Part shown: positions 50,436 to 63,350 of the stretch, piece after piece | How positions within the stretch are numbered: the first letter of the stretch is position 1 | How the letters are laid out: the number at the start of each line of letters is the position of its first letter | Assembly (NCBI GenBank): GCA_030324005.1 | Contig: JARDVH010000097.1 | Coordinates: 12,484,478-12,548,477 of the forward strand | Length of the DNA: 64,000 nt | Direction of reading: 5' to 3' | Source of the DNA: Negaprion brevirostris | Lineage: Eukaryota | Translations under genes and position numbers: made by a program | The notes under the pieces: generated by a model | The model's input: only the letters and a program-made list of their open reading frames with translations | Database searches by the model: none | What the model was told of the DNA's origin: nothing

Positions 50436-53084
50436 TAGTTAAAGTAGGCCAGCATTCTCATTCTAATGAAACCTTCCTGGCAACCTCTCGTACAATTCAG
50501 CTGAACAGGTACTTAGCTGACAGGATCACTATCAGGCCACAAGCAAATAAGTAAAAGCAGTGCTCCAAATGGACCTAAGCTTGGATTATACACTGAGGGA
50601 AGACTCCCTACATCCCAGTGTAAATGTCCAGGGCAAGCTTGCCTCACCTTCAGCCAATTCACCCCACTTTAATATTTAAGTGAGTCAGCCTTTAATTATT
50701 ATGTGAGATTTTGTCCCTCTCCAAGAGGAAGTTGCCCCCCATTCCAGAGAGCTTCTGGCCAGCACAACCACCTTTTATTTCATTTTTAATGGGATGCAGG
50801 CATTGATGGCTAGACCAGCGTTTATTACCCATCCGTAATTGCCCTTCAGAGGCTGGTGGTGAGATCCCTTCTTGAACTGCTGCAGTTGTGTGGTGTAGGT
50901 GCACCACAGTGCTGTTAGGCAGTGGCCATTGTTGGTACTGCCCAGAAGATATTTTGGAGAGGTTCAGTGGCGGACTGGACCGGACCTCTGGCTGAAAGTT
51001 CAGGATCTTGCTGGGGCCAAGCTGGAAGGTCCCCACAAGAGGGTGTGAACGCGCATGGTTGGTGGACACAGGAAAGAAAAACCACTGGGCTGTAAGTGTG
51101 ACTCCGATTGGCATCAGGAATCTGGAAAAGAGGCACGTTCCCTTTTTGCTGACCAGCCTAAAAAAGTCAAGCCTACTAGGCTGCATGTTGGGCGCAGGCC
51201 CTTCTCCACTACCCATTCAGCCTAAGCAACAGTGGGATGAAGCCCTTGAGTGACCCCCTGAAGGACATTAATTGGGCTATGTACAGTTGGCTCACCCAAT
51301 GCCTCCCCGCCACTCCTCACATCATGGGGGGATAGTGGGGGCATTGGGTGGTTGTCACTGGGTGCTGAGAGTGTGTGGCAGCAATACTATGTCCTTTTGG
51401 CATGGTACCTTATTTCACAAGTGCACCCACCTGCTTTCCTACTTGTGGGTGGCCAGTAAAACCCAACCCTTGAACTTTCGCTGTGAAGCCAATTACCTGA
51501 TTTCCCTTTTTGAGGTGACAGAAAGAATCAGCCCTTTGTTTTTGGCTGTGTTTGTGTTTTCAAATGTTGGCAGGAAAGGAGATGCCTTTTCTCCCTGGTT
51601 ACGTTTATTGGTGATGGACTGATTGCAAAACCAGTTATGGGTCTGAAGTAGCAATCGCCACCAATATTGCTAAATTTATCAATCTGTTATTGAACCATAA
51701 GTTTGTCATTACAGTCATGTAGTTGACCACATGAAAACCATGAAAGATTTTATTTTATAACCTCAAAAAAGGAGAAAATCAACTAAAACATTTTGGATGT
51801 GATGAAAGACAAATGTGATGAATACTAAAAGACAAATTTTTAGCTAAGACTTTGAAATTTGTTGAGGGTTTGAATTTTACTCTGGGGGCAGTGGATACTG
51901 TCNNNNNNNNNNNNNNNNNNNNNNNNNNNNNNNNNNNNNNNNNNNNNNNNNNNNNNNNNNNNNNNNNNNNNNNNNNNNNNNNNNNNNNNNNNNNNNNNNN
52001 NNNNNNNNNNNNNNNNNNNNNNNNNNNNNNNNNCCTTTGATTGGCACAAGGCAGGCCTCCTCACCAGATGGAAGTCCACCTCTGAGAGGTACCAAGTGAT
52101 TAGATGGCTGGCAGCTCTCTTGCTCCAGGAGCGGTGGCCAGTGCTGGGACTGCAGCCAAGCCAAGATGGAGGGCATTTCACATTGGATTCTGAATGTAAA
52201 GTTGAGTCTGGAGGCTGGCAGATGCAAATGGACGTGTGGGCTGGCAGCATGCCTGGAAAGGGCAAGAAATGAGCGGTGAGATGCAGAGGGGGTTTGTCTT
52301 TTTGGAGGGAACCTCTGATACCATGGGAGGTCCAACATGGAGGCACCCCTCCCCCTTTAAAGAGAATGTATCCCTTGAACTTTAATTTATAGTATTGACA
52401 ACAAGTTTAGGCCTTTTCCGCTGTGGGTAAAATTCCAGTGGCATTGGGGCAAGGTCATTAATTGGCATCTTAAGGGTCTTAATTTTTGAGTGAACAGGCA
52501 GCCCAATACAGCCCCTACAGTAGGTTAAATTGCAGTGGGATGGTGAGGGTGGGTAGTTGTACAGAATGGCACTGCTGGCAAGGCTTCTAATTTTGTGCCA
52601 CCTTCCCCGTATGCACACTGCATGCACTGATATGCACTTATGCACTCAAATTCCAGCTGTGAAGTTCACAACATAATAATTTCCAACATGGTGATTGCTA
52701 TATAAACAATCTGCACACCAAATCATTTACTTTTTATCTTGACTAAGCGCTTACAACTTCAAGGAGCCGTCTGACATTACCTTAGCTGGTGAGTTAATAC
52801 CAGTTGCAATGTTGTAGCTTCTGTCGTTGCCAACACTGCATCGAGTTGTGGAAAAACTCCTTCAATTGCAGTGAATGAATTAATCATGAAATTTGAATGG
52901 TGCAATTTAGGAACTTGAGCATTTGAAGGTTATTTGTACAACCTGCTCCAATAAATTGCAGGTTTTCATTCCGAGATAAAACTGTTTTTTGTATGCTTTA
53001 AGAAAAACCACTTTTATGTAGAAAGTAGCAATTAATTTTTTAAGTACGGGATCAGTCAATCCAAAACTCCTTGTGTTTTGCCAG

Positions 53085-53246
53085 GAGGACCAGCAGAATA
53101 TTGCCAGTTGGAAGTGGGTGATGAAATCATTTCTATCAATGGTGAAAATGTAGCCAACATGGATCACCAGGATTGGTTAGAGGCCATGGAGGATGCAAAC
53201 AGAAGTGGGAATCTCAATATGGAAATCAGAAGATATGAGAACTCTA
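53085..53246 (+). CDS. LMO7: LMO7 PDZ exon 2: GPAEYCQLEVGDEIISINGENVANMDHQDWLEAMEDANRSGNLNMEIRRYENS
   Basis: ttgccAG acceptor, GTGAGT donor, phase 1->1. Classic PDZ GPA...L.VGDEI..ING pattern (ORF 53078..53284). Confidence 0.95.
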
Positions 53247-54819
53247 GTGAGTCCCTAATTCTCTTTAAAGCATTGGCTAACTAATGCAAATGTCTGTGCA
53301 CCATGAATAAATAGCTCTGAAAATATCCCATCAGAAACAATTAAGGCTCCTCTAAGATTATGCCACAGGAAAAGATGAGAACAACGGCCAACTAGCAATG
53401 AAGAGAAGAATTGGCAGATTTTTGGGACAATGGCAGCATTCACTGTCAACGTCCATTTATTTTCCCAACATGCCGAGCAAATAGAGAGTCACCCTGGACT
53501 TTAGCCTGTTTGTCTGCTCCAAAGCACGGGTCCCCCCAACATCCTGTAGTCGATGTCTGTAAAACTTTACTCAGTAGGTTGTCTGCCCACACGCCTGACT
53601 CTTGGGCTGGAGGCCTACAGAACAGGGCTGTAGCTGAGTTGGGCTGACAGCCATTGGGTCGAGTGGTGATGAGGTTGGGGGTGGGGGGGCAGTGTGAGGA
53701 TGTTGGATGTTAGGCTTCTGATGGTGAAAAGGGAGGGTCTGATGTGTGCAGTGTGGGTAGTTACACGGCATGGCTCCTTGGACCTGAAGGAGGCATTCTT
53801 GCTCCTGGCTAACACGCAGTGCTGTAAGAGCATNNNNNNNNNNNNNNNNNNNNNNNNNNNNNNNNNNNNNNNNNNNNNNNNNNNNNNNNNNNNNNNNNNN
53901 NNNNNNNNNNNNNNNNNNNNNNNNNNNNNNNNNNNNNNNNNNNNNNNNNNNNNNNNNNNNNNNNNNNNNNNNNNNNNNNNNNNNNNNNNNNNNNNNNNNN
54001 NNNNNNNNNNNNNNNNNNNNNNNNNNNNNNNNNNNNNNNNNNNNNNNNNNNNNNNNNNNNNNNNNNNNNNNNNNNNNNNNNNNNNNNNNNNNNNNNNNNN
54101 NNNNNNNNNNNNNNNNNNNNNNNNNNNNCATTCAAACAGAACGGGTTGCCTTAAGAGGATTCTGTGACATGTGTGATTGGGTGGGAGGGTGTGGGATGGT
54201 GATCTCACCTACCTCTGATCAACTGGACGGCCTTATCCCTCCCCAACGTAATCCAATTTGGAGTCCCAGTATTGGGTTTGCAAGTGGCCTACCGGGGATT
54301 GCAAGGAGCAGGGGAGGGTATCCCACATCCCTTCTCATTCTCTGCCAAATCAAGGGACCTGGCATTAGGAAGTGGGACCACACAGGAAGCCAGTCTTTCT
54401 ACCCTTGGACCGTAACAGTGTTGGGCATCGTGGGGAAAAGTGACTCACAGCTCCCGCCTCCATTCGGTGTTCAAGAACCCCATCATTAATGTTAAATCCC
54501 AGTCATAGTAACTGAGTGCCTGATTCATTTGTTGCATGCTTTTGCCTGATGTAGGCCCAGAAATGGAGAATTAAGTGAACTCAATTGCACTTTCAGTTGA
54601 GATTTCTAAATCTAGGTTTAATATGCCACAACAGAACAGCCAATTGAACTACAACACCTACATTAACTAGGCTCAGTTTGTAATACATTTACATTTCATT
54701 TGCAGTTGTTCAGTGATGAACTTTGTCACTTTGATCAAGAAGACATCGTTCATATGACTTACTGTCTGTAGACACACATCCCACTATATCTGAATTGTTA
54801 CAGGGAACCATTTGGCCCA

Positions 54820-55255
54820 TTGTGACTATACTGGTTCTTCAAATGAATATTATGGCTTAGTGCTTTTTCCCTGCGCAGAAACAATGCTTCGAATAAACTG
54901 CCTCCACCACACTTCCAGGCAGTGCATTCCAGACCTGAACCGCTGGCTGTGTGACAAAGCTTTTTCTCATATCAAATTTACTTATTTTAAATCTGTCTCC
55001 ACTCGCTCTTGATCCTTTTACGAGTGGGAACAGTTTCTACCTGTCCACTTTGCCCACCTCCGTCTTCTATCAGACCTCCTCTTAGCCTCCTTGCCTCCAA
55101 GGAGAACAGTCCCAACCCCTCCGAACTACCCTCATGACTGAAGTTTCTCAACCCTGGGACCATTCCTGTAAACCACCTTCTGCAATCTCTCCAATGCGGT
55201 TCACATCCTTCCTGTAGTGTGGCGCCTGGAATTGTACACATTATCCCAGCTGAGG
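54820..55255 (-). mobile_element. CR1-like LINE fragment
   Basis: ORF 54987(-): RWFTGMVPGLRNFSHEGSSEGLGLFSLEARRLRGGLIE. Confidence 0.8.
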
Positions 55256-55768
55256 ATTATAATGCCAGAATAAACTGAATCACTCTTTTAAATAGAATTT
55301 GCAGTCCAGAAATGGTCCAGTTGATCTATGCTGTGAATCATACATCCCTACTTCATCCAACCCTTTTGGCATTTGTATTCCTTTACTTGCCTGACTTCTC
55401 CTCTAATGTTATTCTATTCAGCTGCTCCCTGTACTAATTTCCACATTCTAGCCACTCCCTGTGTCAGAGATTCTTGGGTACCAGCAACCTTAGACAAACT
55501 TGGTCGACTCTTAATACAAACAGCACAAGACACCATGCATCCAATGCAAAATTTTTAACTAGCTGTACACAAGGAGAACTAACTCCCCCACGGTCCCCAC
55601 CATCCCCACCCTCCACCAATAAAATTGGCTGGCGTGGTTCTGACTTCACAGAAAAACAACTCCTCAATTATAATCAATTACCACAAATCAGGAGCAAGCA
55701 TTTTGTTCACACCATTCATTGAGGTACACATTTGCCAATTAAATCCTGGCTTTTCACGCTTTAGTAGT

Positions 55769-55901
55769 CATGATGTGGATATGCCGGCGTTGGACTGGGG
55801 TAAACACAGTGAAAAGTCTGACAACACCAGATAATAATAATAATTTATATTATCAAATAAATCGGTTGGACTAAAACCTGGTGTTGTCAGACTTTTTACT
55901 G
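55769..55901. mobile_element. Fold-back Penelope-like element with centre replaced by AT-rich filler
   Basis: GCCGGCGTTGGACTGGGGTAAACACAGTGAAAAGTCTGACAACACCAG ... CCTGGTGTTGTCAGACTTTTTACTG. Confidence 0.6.
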
Positions 55902-56654
55902 TTTTCACCCTTTCCCATTTGATGAAAAATTGGCTTCTACTAATCCTTCATTTGCGTAGCGTATCCCCATATCTCACCTTTGGTATTTGTTATGGAAAAA
56001 TCCAGTCTTGCCCACCTTCCAGTGAAGGTCAAAAATCAGAATGTTATGTGGCCTCTGCAAGTGAAGGACTATCCTGAAAGCAGACAGTCTCCCTTGAAGG
56101 TCTGCAACTGATAACATTCTCACAAGCTGTTACAGAGAAGGCATGATTTTTAAGATCTGAGCATTTCAAATTCCACACCTGGGTAAAGAAGTTAAAAGCC
56201 CTTTTTATTTAAATAAATCTCATTTAGTCATTAGACAGGTGGCATAAGTAGTCAGTAATGGCAAACCTGAAGTTTATATTGAGATATTTAGGACGCAAAT
56301 ATAATTGGCCTTCCACACAATGTTTTGCTCAATGCATTATTTTTGTCTGTTGTGGTGAGCATTGTACTGAGAGTCTGCTTTACCTTATGGCGCCCTTCAT
56401 TTTATTGCAACCTCTTTGCTAAAGAAGCTTGAGGACATCCCAATGATGTGATATGAGTGTACATAAATAAAAGCAACATCTTCTGTTTTCATGCTCTGTT
56501 TTAGTCCACCCCGCTCCCCCTCACGCATGCTCGCTCTCCAAGAACGTGGAGCAATTCCAACTTTCCAATCACCAGCCCCTTAATTAACATTTAAACCTGT
56601 TACGGATTTTAAACTGAATTTGATGCCAAGACAATTGCATGAAAATGAGAAGAG

Positions 56655-56882
56655 GGGTGGCACAGTGTTTAGCACTGCTGCCCCGCACAGCCAGGGGCCC
56701 GGGTTCGATTCCCAGCTTGGGTCACTGTCTGTGTGGAGTTTGCACATTCTCCCCGTGTCTGCATGGGTTTCCCCCGGTGTTCCGGTTTTCTCCCACAATC
56801 TGCAAGACGTGGGGAATTTCACAGTAACTTAATTGTAGTGTTAATGTAAGCCTTACTTGTGACTAATAAATAAATAAACTTT
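56655..56882 (+). mobile_element. HE1/V-SINE-like SINE, type B with internal deletion
   Basis: Head and centre joined directly to the type B 3' end. Confidence 0.8.
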
Positions 56883-57096
56883 AGGCATTGCCCCCACTAG
56901 CACACAGCCCTTTAGTCTGAACTCCTGGGAGCACATTTCACTTGCCTCCGTCTTTCTAATCTTGTGTTCGATTGACTGCACTTCAGTCGTGGCTATTGTT
57001 GATTTGTTCCACCTACCTGTATTAACCTGACTTAGTATTATAAAACTCATGAAACAATCATTTATGACCTGTTTTGACTTTCAAAACAAATTCCAG

Positions 57097-57203
57097 GTAC
57101 CAGTGAAACAGAACACACCACCTTCAATGAACCTATTAGATGGGAAGAAACTGGAAAGATTATGGTGACCAACAGGAGCCAACCCTTCAATCAAGTAACA
57201 GAA
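57097..57203 (+). CDS. LMO7: LMO7 exon TSETEHTTFNEPIRWEETGKIMVTNRSQPFNQVTE
   Basis: ttccAG acceptor, GTAAGA donor, open frame. Phase 1->0 bridges the flanking exons; peptide conservation is weak. Confidence 0.65.
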
Positions 57204-57379
57204 GTAAGATTTCAGAAATTGTTCCATAAATTTGGGTTTTTATTTCATGTGATGTATGCTTTGGAAGATTTGTGTGCCTAGCTATTACTGCCAGTTAAGC
57301 TATGAAACGTAATTGAAATATCAAAGTGCGTGCTCAAAATTCTGAACATCAATGACTAGGTCGCTAGAGTCGGCCATCC

Positions 57380-57690
57380 TACATAAAATCCCTACAGAAG
57401 GTGGCCATTCGGCCCATTGTGTCTGCACCGACAACAATTCTACCCAGGCCCTATTCCCGTAACTCCATGTATTTACCCTGCTAATCCCTCTGATACTAAT
57501 GGTTAATTTAGCATGCCTCATCAATCTCACCCGCACACCTTTGGACTGTGGGAGGAAGCATGAGTACCCAGAGGCAACCCTTGTAGACGTAGGGAGAATG
57601 TGAAGACTCCACACAGATAGTGACCCGAGGCTGGAATGGAACCCAGGTCCTTGGTGCTGTGAGGCAGCAGTGCTACCTAATGTGCCACCA
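57380..57690 (-). mobile_element. HE1/V-SINE-like SINE, type A
   Basis: Reverse-complement family match. A + strand partial copy follows at ~57780-57938. Confidence 0.8.
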
Positions 57691-58607
57691 CATTTTCACT
57701 CAAGTTGCTTGGGATCTCACCTGACACAGTTGTAACAGCTGAACACTTTGAGGCAAGGTTTCATGTGGAGGGAATTTAATTGTGTGGGTTAGGTTGATGG
57801 GCCTCGCTAAATTATCCCTTAGTGTCAGGGGGATTAGCAGGGTAAATATATGGGGTTAAGGGGATAGGGCATGGGTGGGATTGATGTTGGTTCAGCTCGA
57901 GCTGAATTGCTTCCTATTGCACTACAGGAATTCTATGAATTGAATGGAAAGGCACCTTGGGTTGCTTGGCTGCCAATCCTCTTGGCGTTGTTGGTCAGCG
58001 GGACAAGGAAAATGGAAAAGAATGCAAAATTACTCACAACCAAAAAGAAAGAGCTGGGGAGGAAACCTTCCTTGATAAATGCAGAGAGCAGATGACTATT
58101 TTTGTCCTCCGTGGTCCACACATTGCTTTTTGATCAAATACAAAAATCAGTGTCTCTGAAGAATAACAATAGTGACATAACTAAACTGGATTAACAGTCT
58201 TGATGTCCAGCGCTGTCATTTATTTTCAAAGCAGGAGGAGATTTAAGTGAGTGAATAGCCAGGACAATGGAACGCCATGTGCAAAAGAAGTAGTTTATTC
58301 AACTTGAGCTGGAAGGAAAGTAAATTATGTTGACTACATCTGATAATTAGATGGGATGCAGTGGGTGTGATTTTATGAATGTAAATATTGATGAGGCAAC
58401 TCACACAATGGCCACATTTATTGTAAATGATCACTAGTATGCACCAAATTTCCCACATGTATCTTTGTCATCAAACGTTCCCTGCGCGTTGTGCAATTTA
58501 AGCATTGACCCCTTGAACCCTCGCTGGGTTACATTTTTCTCCCTTATGACTTTTAGTTGAATGACATTTGAGGTAATGAACTGAGTTAGACTCGCTCTGT
58601 TCCACAG

Positions 58608-58662
58608 ATTGACAGATCTGAAGGAGACCAGGAGAAATTGTTGGAGGATCCAAAGCCAAAAG
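58608..58662 (+). CDS. LMO7: LMO7 small exon IDRSEGDQEKLLEDPKPK
   Basis: ttccacAG acceptor and GTAAAC donor. Phase 0->1 is consistent with both neighbours. Confidence 0.65.
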
Positions 58663-59006
58663 GTAAACTACATTTATTCAAAAATTTGAACTTGTTGCTT
58701 TCTGGTTGAGGTCGTTTGTGCAACAGGTCCTTAAAAGAGCAGTCACAAGAAATAGAAGCAGGATTAGGCCACCAGGCCCTTCAAGCCTGCCCTGTCATTC
58801 AATATAATCATGGCTGATCCATGCCAGCCTCAGCTCCTTCTCTGTGCCATTTCTCCATAGCCTTCGATTCCTTGATCTACAAGAACACACAAAACAGAAG
58901 CAGGTCCATTGTTTTCCTGTAGTCTTTACACAGAGAGCTGGATTTCCAAACTGCAGCAGAGACAGGTTTGAAAGCAGACACGTTAGCAGCTGATCTCAGT
59001 CCTCAT

Positions 59007-59211
59007 ATGGAGATGCCGGCATTGGACTTGGGTAAACACAGTAAGAAGTCTCACAATACCAGGTTAAAGTCCAACAGGTTTATTTGTAGCAAACACCACT
59101 AGCTTTTGGAACTGGCTGTTCCTTCATTGAACTCCCACCCACCTGATGAAGGAACAGCCAATTCTGAAAGCTAGTAGCATTTGCTACAAATAAACCTGCT
59201 GGACTTCTTAC
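59007..59211. mobile_element. Fold-back Penelope-like element with hammerhead-like cores in both arms
   Basis: Inverted arms around CTCCCACC. The + arm reads CACCTGATGAAGGAACAGCCAATTCTGAAAGCTAGTAG (59140-59177); the mirror arm at 59096-59130 is degenerate. Confidence 0.7.
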
Positions 59212-59317
59212 TCAATTGGTCTGCCAGCAAGTTCCTGCCTCCAATTGGTAGTTGAGGAGATGGCTTCTGAGGGATGACAGATACTTGCTTGCTTTTACAA
59301 AGTTTAAAGATTATAAA

Positions 59318-59585
59318 GTTTTAGTGTCACAAGCAGGCTTACATTAACACTGCAGTGAAGTTATTGTGAAAATCCCCTAGTCGCCACACTCCAACTCCTG
59401 TTCGGGTACACTGAGGGAGAATTTAGCATGGCCAATGCATCTAACCAGCACATCTTTTAGACTGTGGGAGGAAACCCATGCAGACATAGAGAACGTGCAG
59501 ACTCCGCACAGGCAGTGACCCAAGTTGGGAATTGAACCTGGGTCTCTGGTGATGTGAGGCAGCCGTGCTAACCACTGTGCTACCT
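59318..59585 (-). mobile_element. HE1/V-SINE-like SINE, type B
   Basis: Reverse-complement family match. Confidence 0.82.
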
Positions 59586-61789
59586 TGCTGCCCAATCTAT
59601 TGGGTACGCAATTGGGCCAATTAAAGTATCAATTGTGGCACTCTTCACACGGCATCTGCATTTTCCAGAAGTAGCTGGAGTCTGTGGATGGAATGTTGGA
59701 GGACTTCCTGAGGTGGAGTGGGGGGAGAGTGGTGGTGGGTGCTGAATGCCAGAGATGGATCCTGCAGAGCGATTCGACATGGATCCACAGGGCTGAGAGG
59801 GTGTCAGCTGAGGCCATGTTCCATCCAGCATCTCCTCTCTATTGATGGCTTGGTAGTGTCCTTGGTGTAATTAGCAAGTCTTCAGAAGGTAGCTCCACCC
59901 TGATAAGTCCTCATGGTTCAACAGATACACAGCCCCGGTGGGGCTGCTGGTCACCAAGAACCATTCCCACAGGCTCACTTAAGTTGCTGAACCCATCTGT
60001 CATCCTTGATTGGACAGAGCTCCCAGAGGCAGACTGGTAATGGGTGGCAAATCTCAGAAGTCTCCTCCAGGGCCCTGCTACCCCTGAAATCCCAACCTGG
60101 AACATAGCTCCATGTCAGGATAAGGATCTTGGAGTTAAAATTCAGTGTAATATCTATGGTCCAAGTTTGAGAAACACATGTACTGAGTAAAATACTGATT
60201 TATTCAACTTGCATAAGGTAATTATAATTACTTCAACATGAAGTGCATCCAAGAGTCAAACCAGCTGTGTTCTTCACCTTGGCTCAGATCTGATGTGTAA
60301 TTATGAAGAGTCATTTAGCAATTAGCATAATAGCTGTGGNNNNNNNNNNNNNNNNNNNNNNNNNNNNNNNNNNNNNNNNNNNNNNNNNNNNNNNNNNNNN
60401 NNNNNNNNNNNNNNNNNNNNNNNNNNNNNNNNNNNNNNNNNNNNNNNNNNNNNNNNNNNNNNNNNNNNNNNNNNNNNNNNNNNNNNNNNNNNNNNNNNNN
60501 NNNNNNNNNNNNNNNNNNNNNNNNNNNNNNNNNNNNNNNNNNNNNNNNAAAGTGGAGTTGAGGTCCCAAACTAGCCATTGTTTTACCGAATGGCAAAGAA
60601 AGCTCAAGTGGCCCTACTGTCAATTCGCCCTCCTATTTTTTAATATTATCCCCCTTTCTTCTCCTCCTACATTCTCTCTCTCTCTATCTCCCTTCCTCCA
60701 CCAAAGAAAATAATTGGCAATTTTAACATGATAAAGGAGCCCTCACCAGTTAGGTAGTTAGAATAGCATCCCTTAAGATCACTATGTGAATAGACCCTTC
60801 AATACAAGCACCAAATATTAAGCACCACATTATGGTGATACTGGAGCCACCCGCAGGTAATTGCATCCTTTGAGGAGGTCATATATATACTGGTAGATTC
60901 TAAAAAAAACTGTACATTTTGTAACCACAGCATGAATTTGCCCTGACACAGCTAAACTCACACTGCACAGTACATTATAGGATTTCCTTCCTGTATATAA
61001 AACCATACAGCTATTTCATTACTTAACACATTTTTAAAATCAGCTTCAATTTCCTTTTATTGTAAATTTATGCATAATGTGCTGATTATTGCTTGATATT
61101 CCATCTGGGGGTTGAATAGTATAGTCCTTTAAAATGCAGTTCTATTTCTGGTCACGTACAATCCATCGTATAAAGAGCCCTGTGGATTGTTATCGCTTAA
61201 TTATCTAACATGCAAGTAGGGCACCATTGTATAATCTGAGAATATGATTCAAAATTGGACCCCCATCTCCATAAATGCTTTTTCCCCACTTGGGATAACA
61301 ACAGAAATGTTGCCCTCTCTCACTTGTAAGGACTCAAGATTCCACATGTGTGGTCCAAACAGATGTGGGTAAAATCTCAGCTGGGAATAGTACTGATGCG
61401 GGGGTGCGTTGGGTCAAGGCACTTGAAGCAATCTTCAAATGCATTTCAAAAGCGGTTCTGCCATTGAATGACAAAAGGCAGTCACAACAATTCTCACAAA
61501 CATCAAACGTAGTACTGTGTGATTTAGAGGGAATAGGCAATCGCAGCCTGTGCTCCTGTTGTCATGTAATTTTAAGGTCATTCCCAGATTAAATTTTGTG
61601 CAGTGTAGACTGTTAGCTTTCTCTCTTTGATCTCTGTCTGCAGTTGCAGGGGAGATTGAACTGAAGTGATGGCTGATTCGCTACAAGTGGAGGGTGCTGG
61701 AAATGGCTAAAATTGAAAGGAAACACTGCAAGTGCACAAAAATTAGGTTTTTTACTGAACCAGACTGCAATTTCGAAAATGAACTACTC

Positions 61790-62825
61790 AATCATAGAAA
61801 TCCCTACAGTGCAGAAGGAGGCCATTTGGCCCATTTGAGTCTGCACCGACCACAATCTCACCCAGGCCCTATCTTCATAACCCCATGTATTTACCCAAGC
61901 TAGTGCCCCTGACACGAAGGGACAGTTTAGCATTCAATTTCCAATCTTACCTAAGCCGTACATCTTTGTACTGTGTGAGGAAACTGGAGCACCTGGAGGA
62001 AACCCACGCAAATATGGGGAGACTGATGTCAGTATACATTTGTAGGTAAAAGTAATTCCAATTTCTCTCTGAATTCACTGAGTTGGGAATAGGTATTAAA
62101 GGAGACCCTGCCCCCACCCACCCACAGCAGACTGGAATATCATCTTGCAGGCAATTTTGGTTTATAAAGAGGAAAGTAAATAGAATTAGTCAAAGCACTA
62201 TGAGTTTTGTTACCCTGAAGGCAGCCTGGCCACTGAATCTCTGGTCCCATTTGTGAGGATCGCTCATTATAATGATTGATAGGGCAGCATCCAAGCCAAT
62301 CTTAGAATCCCCACAGTGCAGGAGGTGGCCGTTCAGTCTGCACCGACTCTCTGACAGAGTATCTTACCCAGGCCCTCTCCCCTGCCCTATCCCTGTTACC
62401 TCTCACATTTACCATGGCTAATCCATCTCACTCAGACATCTTGGGACACCAAGAGGGCAATTTAGCATGACCAATCCCACAACCCACCTATCTTTGGAAA
62501 CTAAACAACAATTTACCGTGGCTAACCCCATTTCATACAATCGTAGAATCCCACTATTGAAGGCAGAGGCCATTTGGCCCATTGAGCCTGCAGCGACTAC
62601 AATCCCACCCAGTCCCTATCCCTGTAACTGCACATATTTACCCTGCTAATCCCCCTGACGTGGAGGAGCAATTTGACATGTCCAATCCACCTAAACTGCA
62701 CATCCTTGGATTGTGGGAGGAAACTGGAGCAGCTGGAGGAAACCCACGCAGACATAGAGAGAATGTGCAAATTCCACGCAGACAATGACCCAAGGCCAGA
62801 ATTGAACCTGGGTTGCTGGCACAGG
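61790..62825 (-). mobile_element. Cluster of three HE1/V-SINE-like copies (~61790-62022, ~62303-62530, ~62540-62825)
   Basis: Repeated TAGAATCCC...GCAGAAGGAGGCCATTTGGCCC tail starts. Confidence 0.75.
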
Positions 62826-63258
62826 CTCGATTTGGGCCATAGTATCGCAGGGTTGGCGCATTTATCTTTCAAAGCTTGAAGGCAAATTTCTGTCTTCATC
62901 AAATCTGAACCACCCAGTCTTTCTGATTTAACATCCTGAGTGGATCAGTCAGGTTAGCCAAGCTCGAGACGTACCTCTCACAATATTTAACTATGACAAA
63001 GGAACAGCTTTTGCAGTTCATTTTTGCGTGTAATCGTTCCAAATTTTCATGAGCTTGTCAGTGGAGATTCCTCCTAATTCAGCATCTGATCCAGCATGGC
63101 ACCCTCAACAGCGGGTCTGTATATTTGGGAACTAGATGAGCAGGAGTGAGGATCCTCAATCAATCCTCACTGAGACACGCTGAGTGTAAACCAGGAATGT
63201 TTAAAAAAAAAGGAGAATAAATAATGGTGAGCTCTGTTGGCCTTGCTGCTGCTGCTGT

Positions 63259-63350
63259 GACTCACCTGATGAAGGAGCAGCGCTCTGAAAGTTCGTGAAA
63301 CCAAATAGACCTGTTGGACTTTAACTTGGTGTTATGAGACTTCTTATTAT
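63259..63350 (+). mobile_element. Penelope-like terminal repeat with intact-looking minimal hammerhead
   Basis: CAC-CTGATGA-A-GGAGC-AGC-GCTCT-GAAA-GT-TC-GTG followed by the family tail. Confidence 0.7.

Noticed and set aside
53571-54208. Long ORFs spanning N runs (also 19889-20186, 51840-52346, 60303-60713)
   Set aside because: Their length is an artefact of X codons across assembly gaps.
1574-62902. Many short ORFs with recurring peptides (GGTVVSTAASQ, VCVEFAHSP, WVSSGCSSFLPQSKD)
   Set aside because: Translations of SINE copies, not genes.
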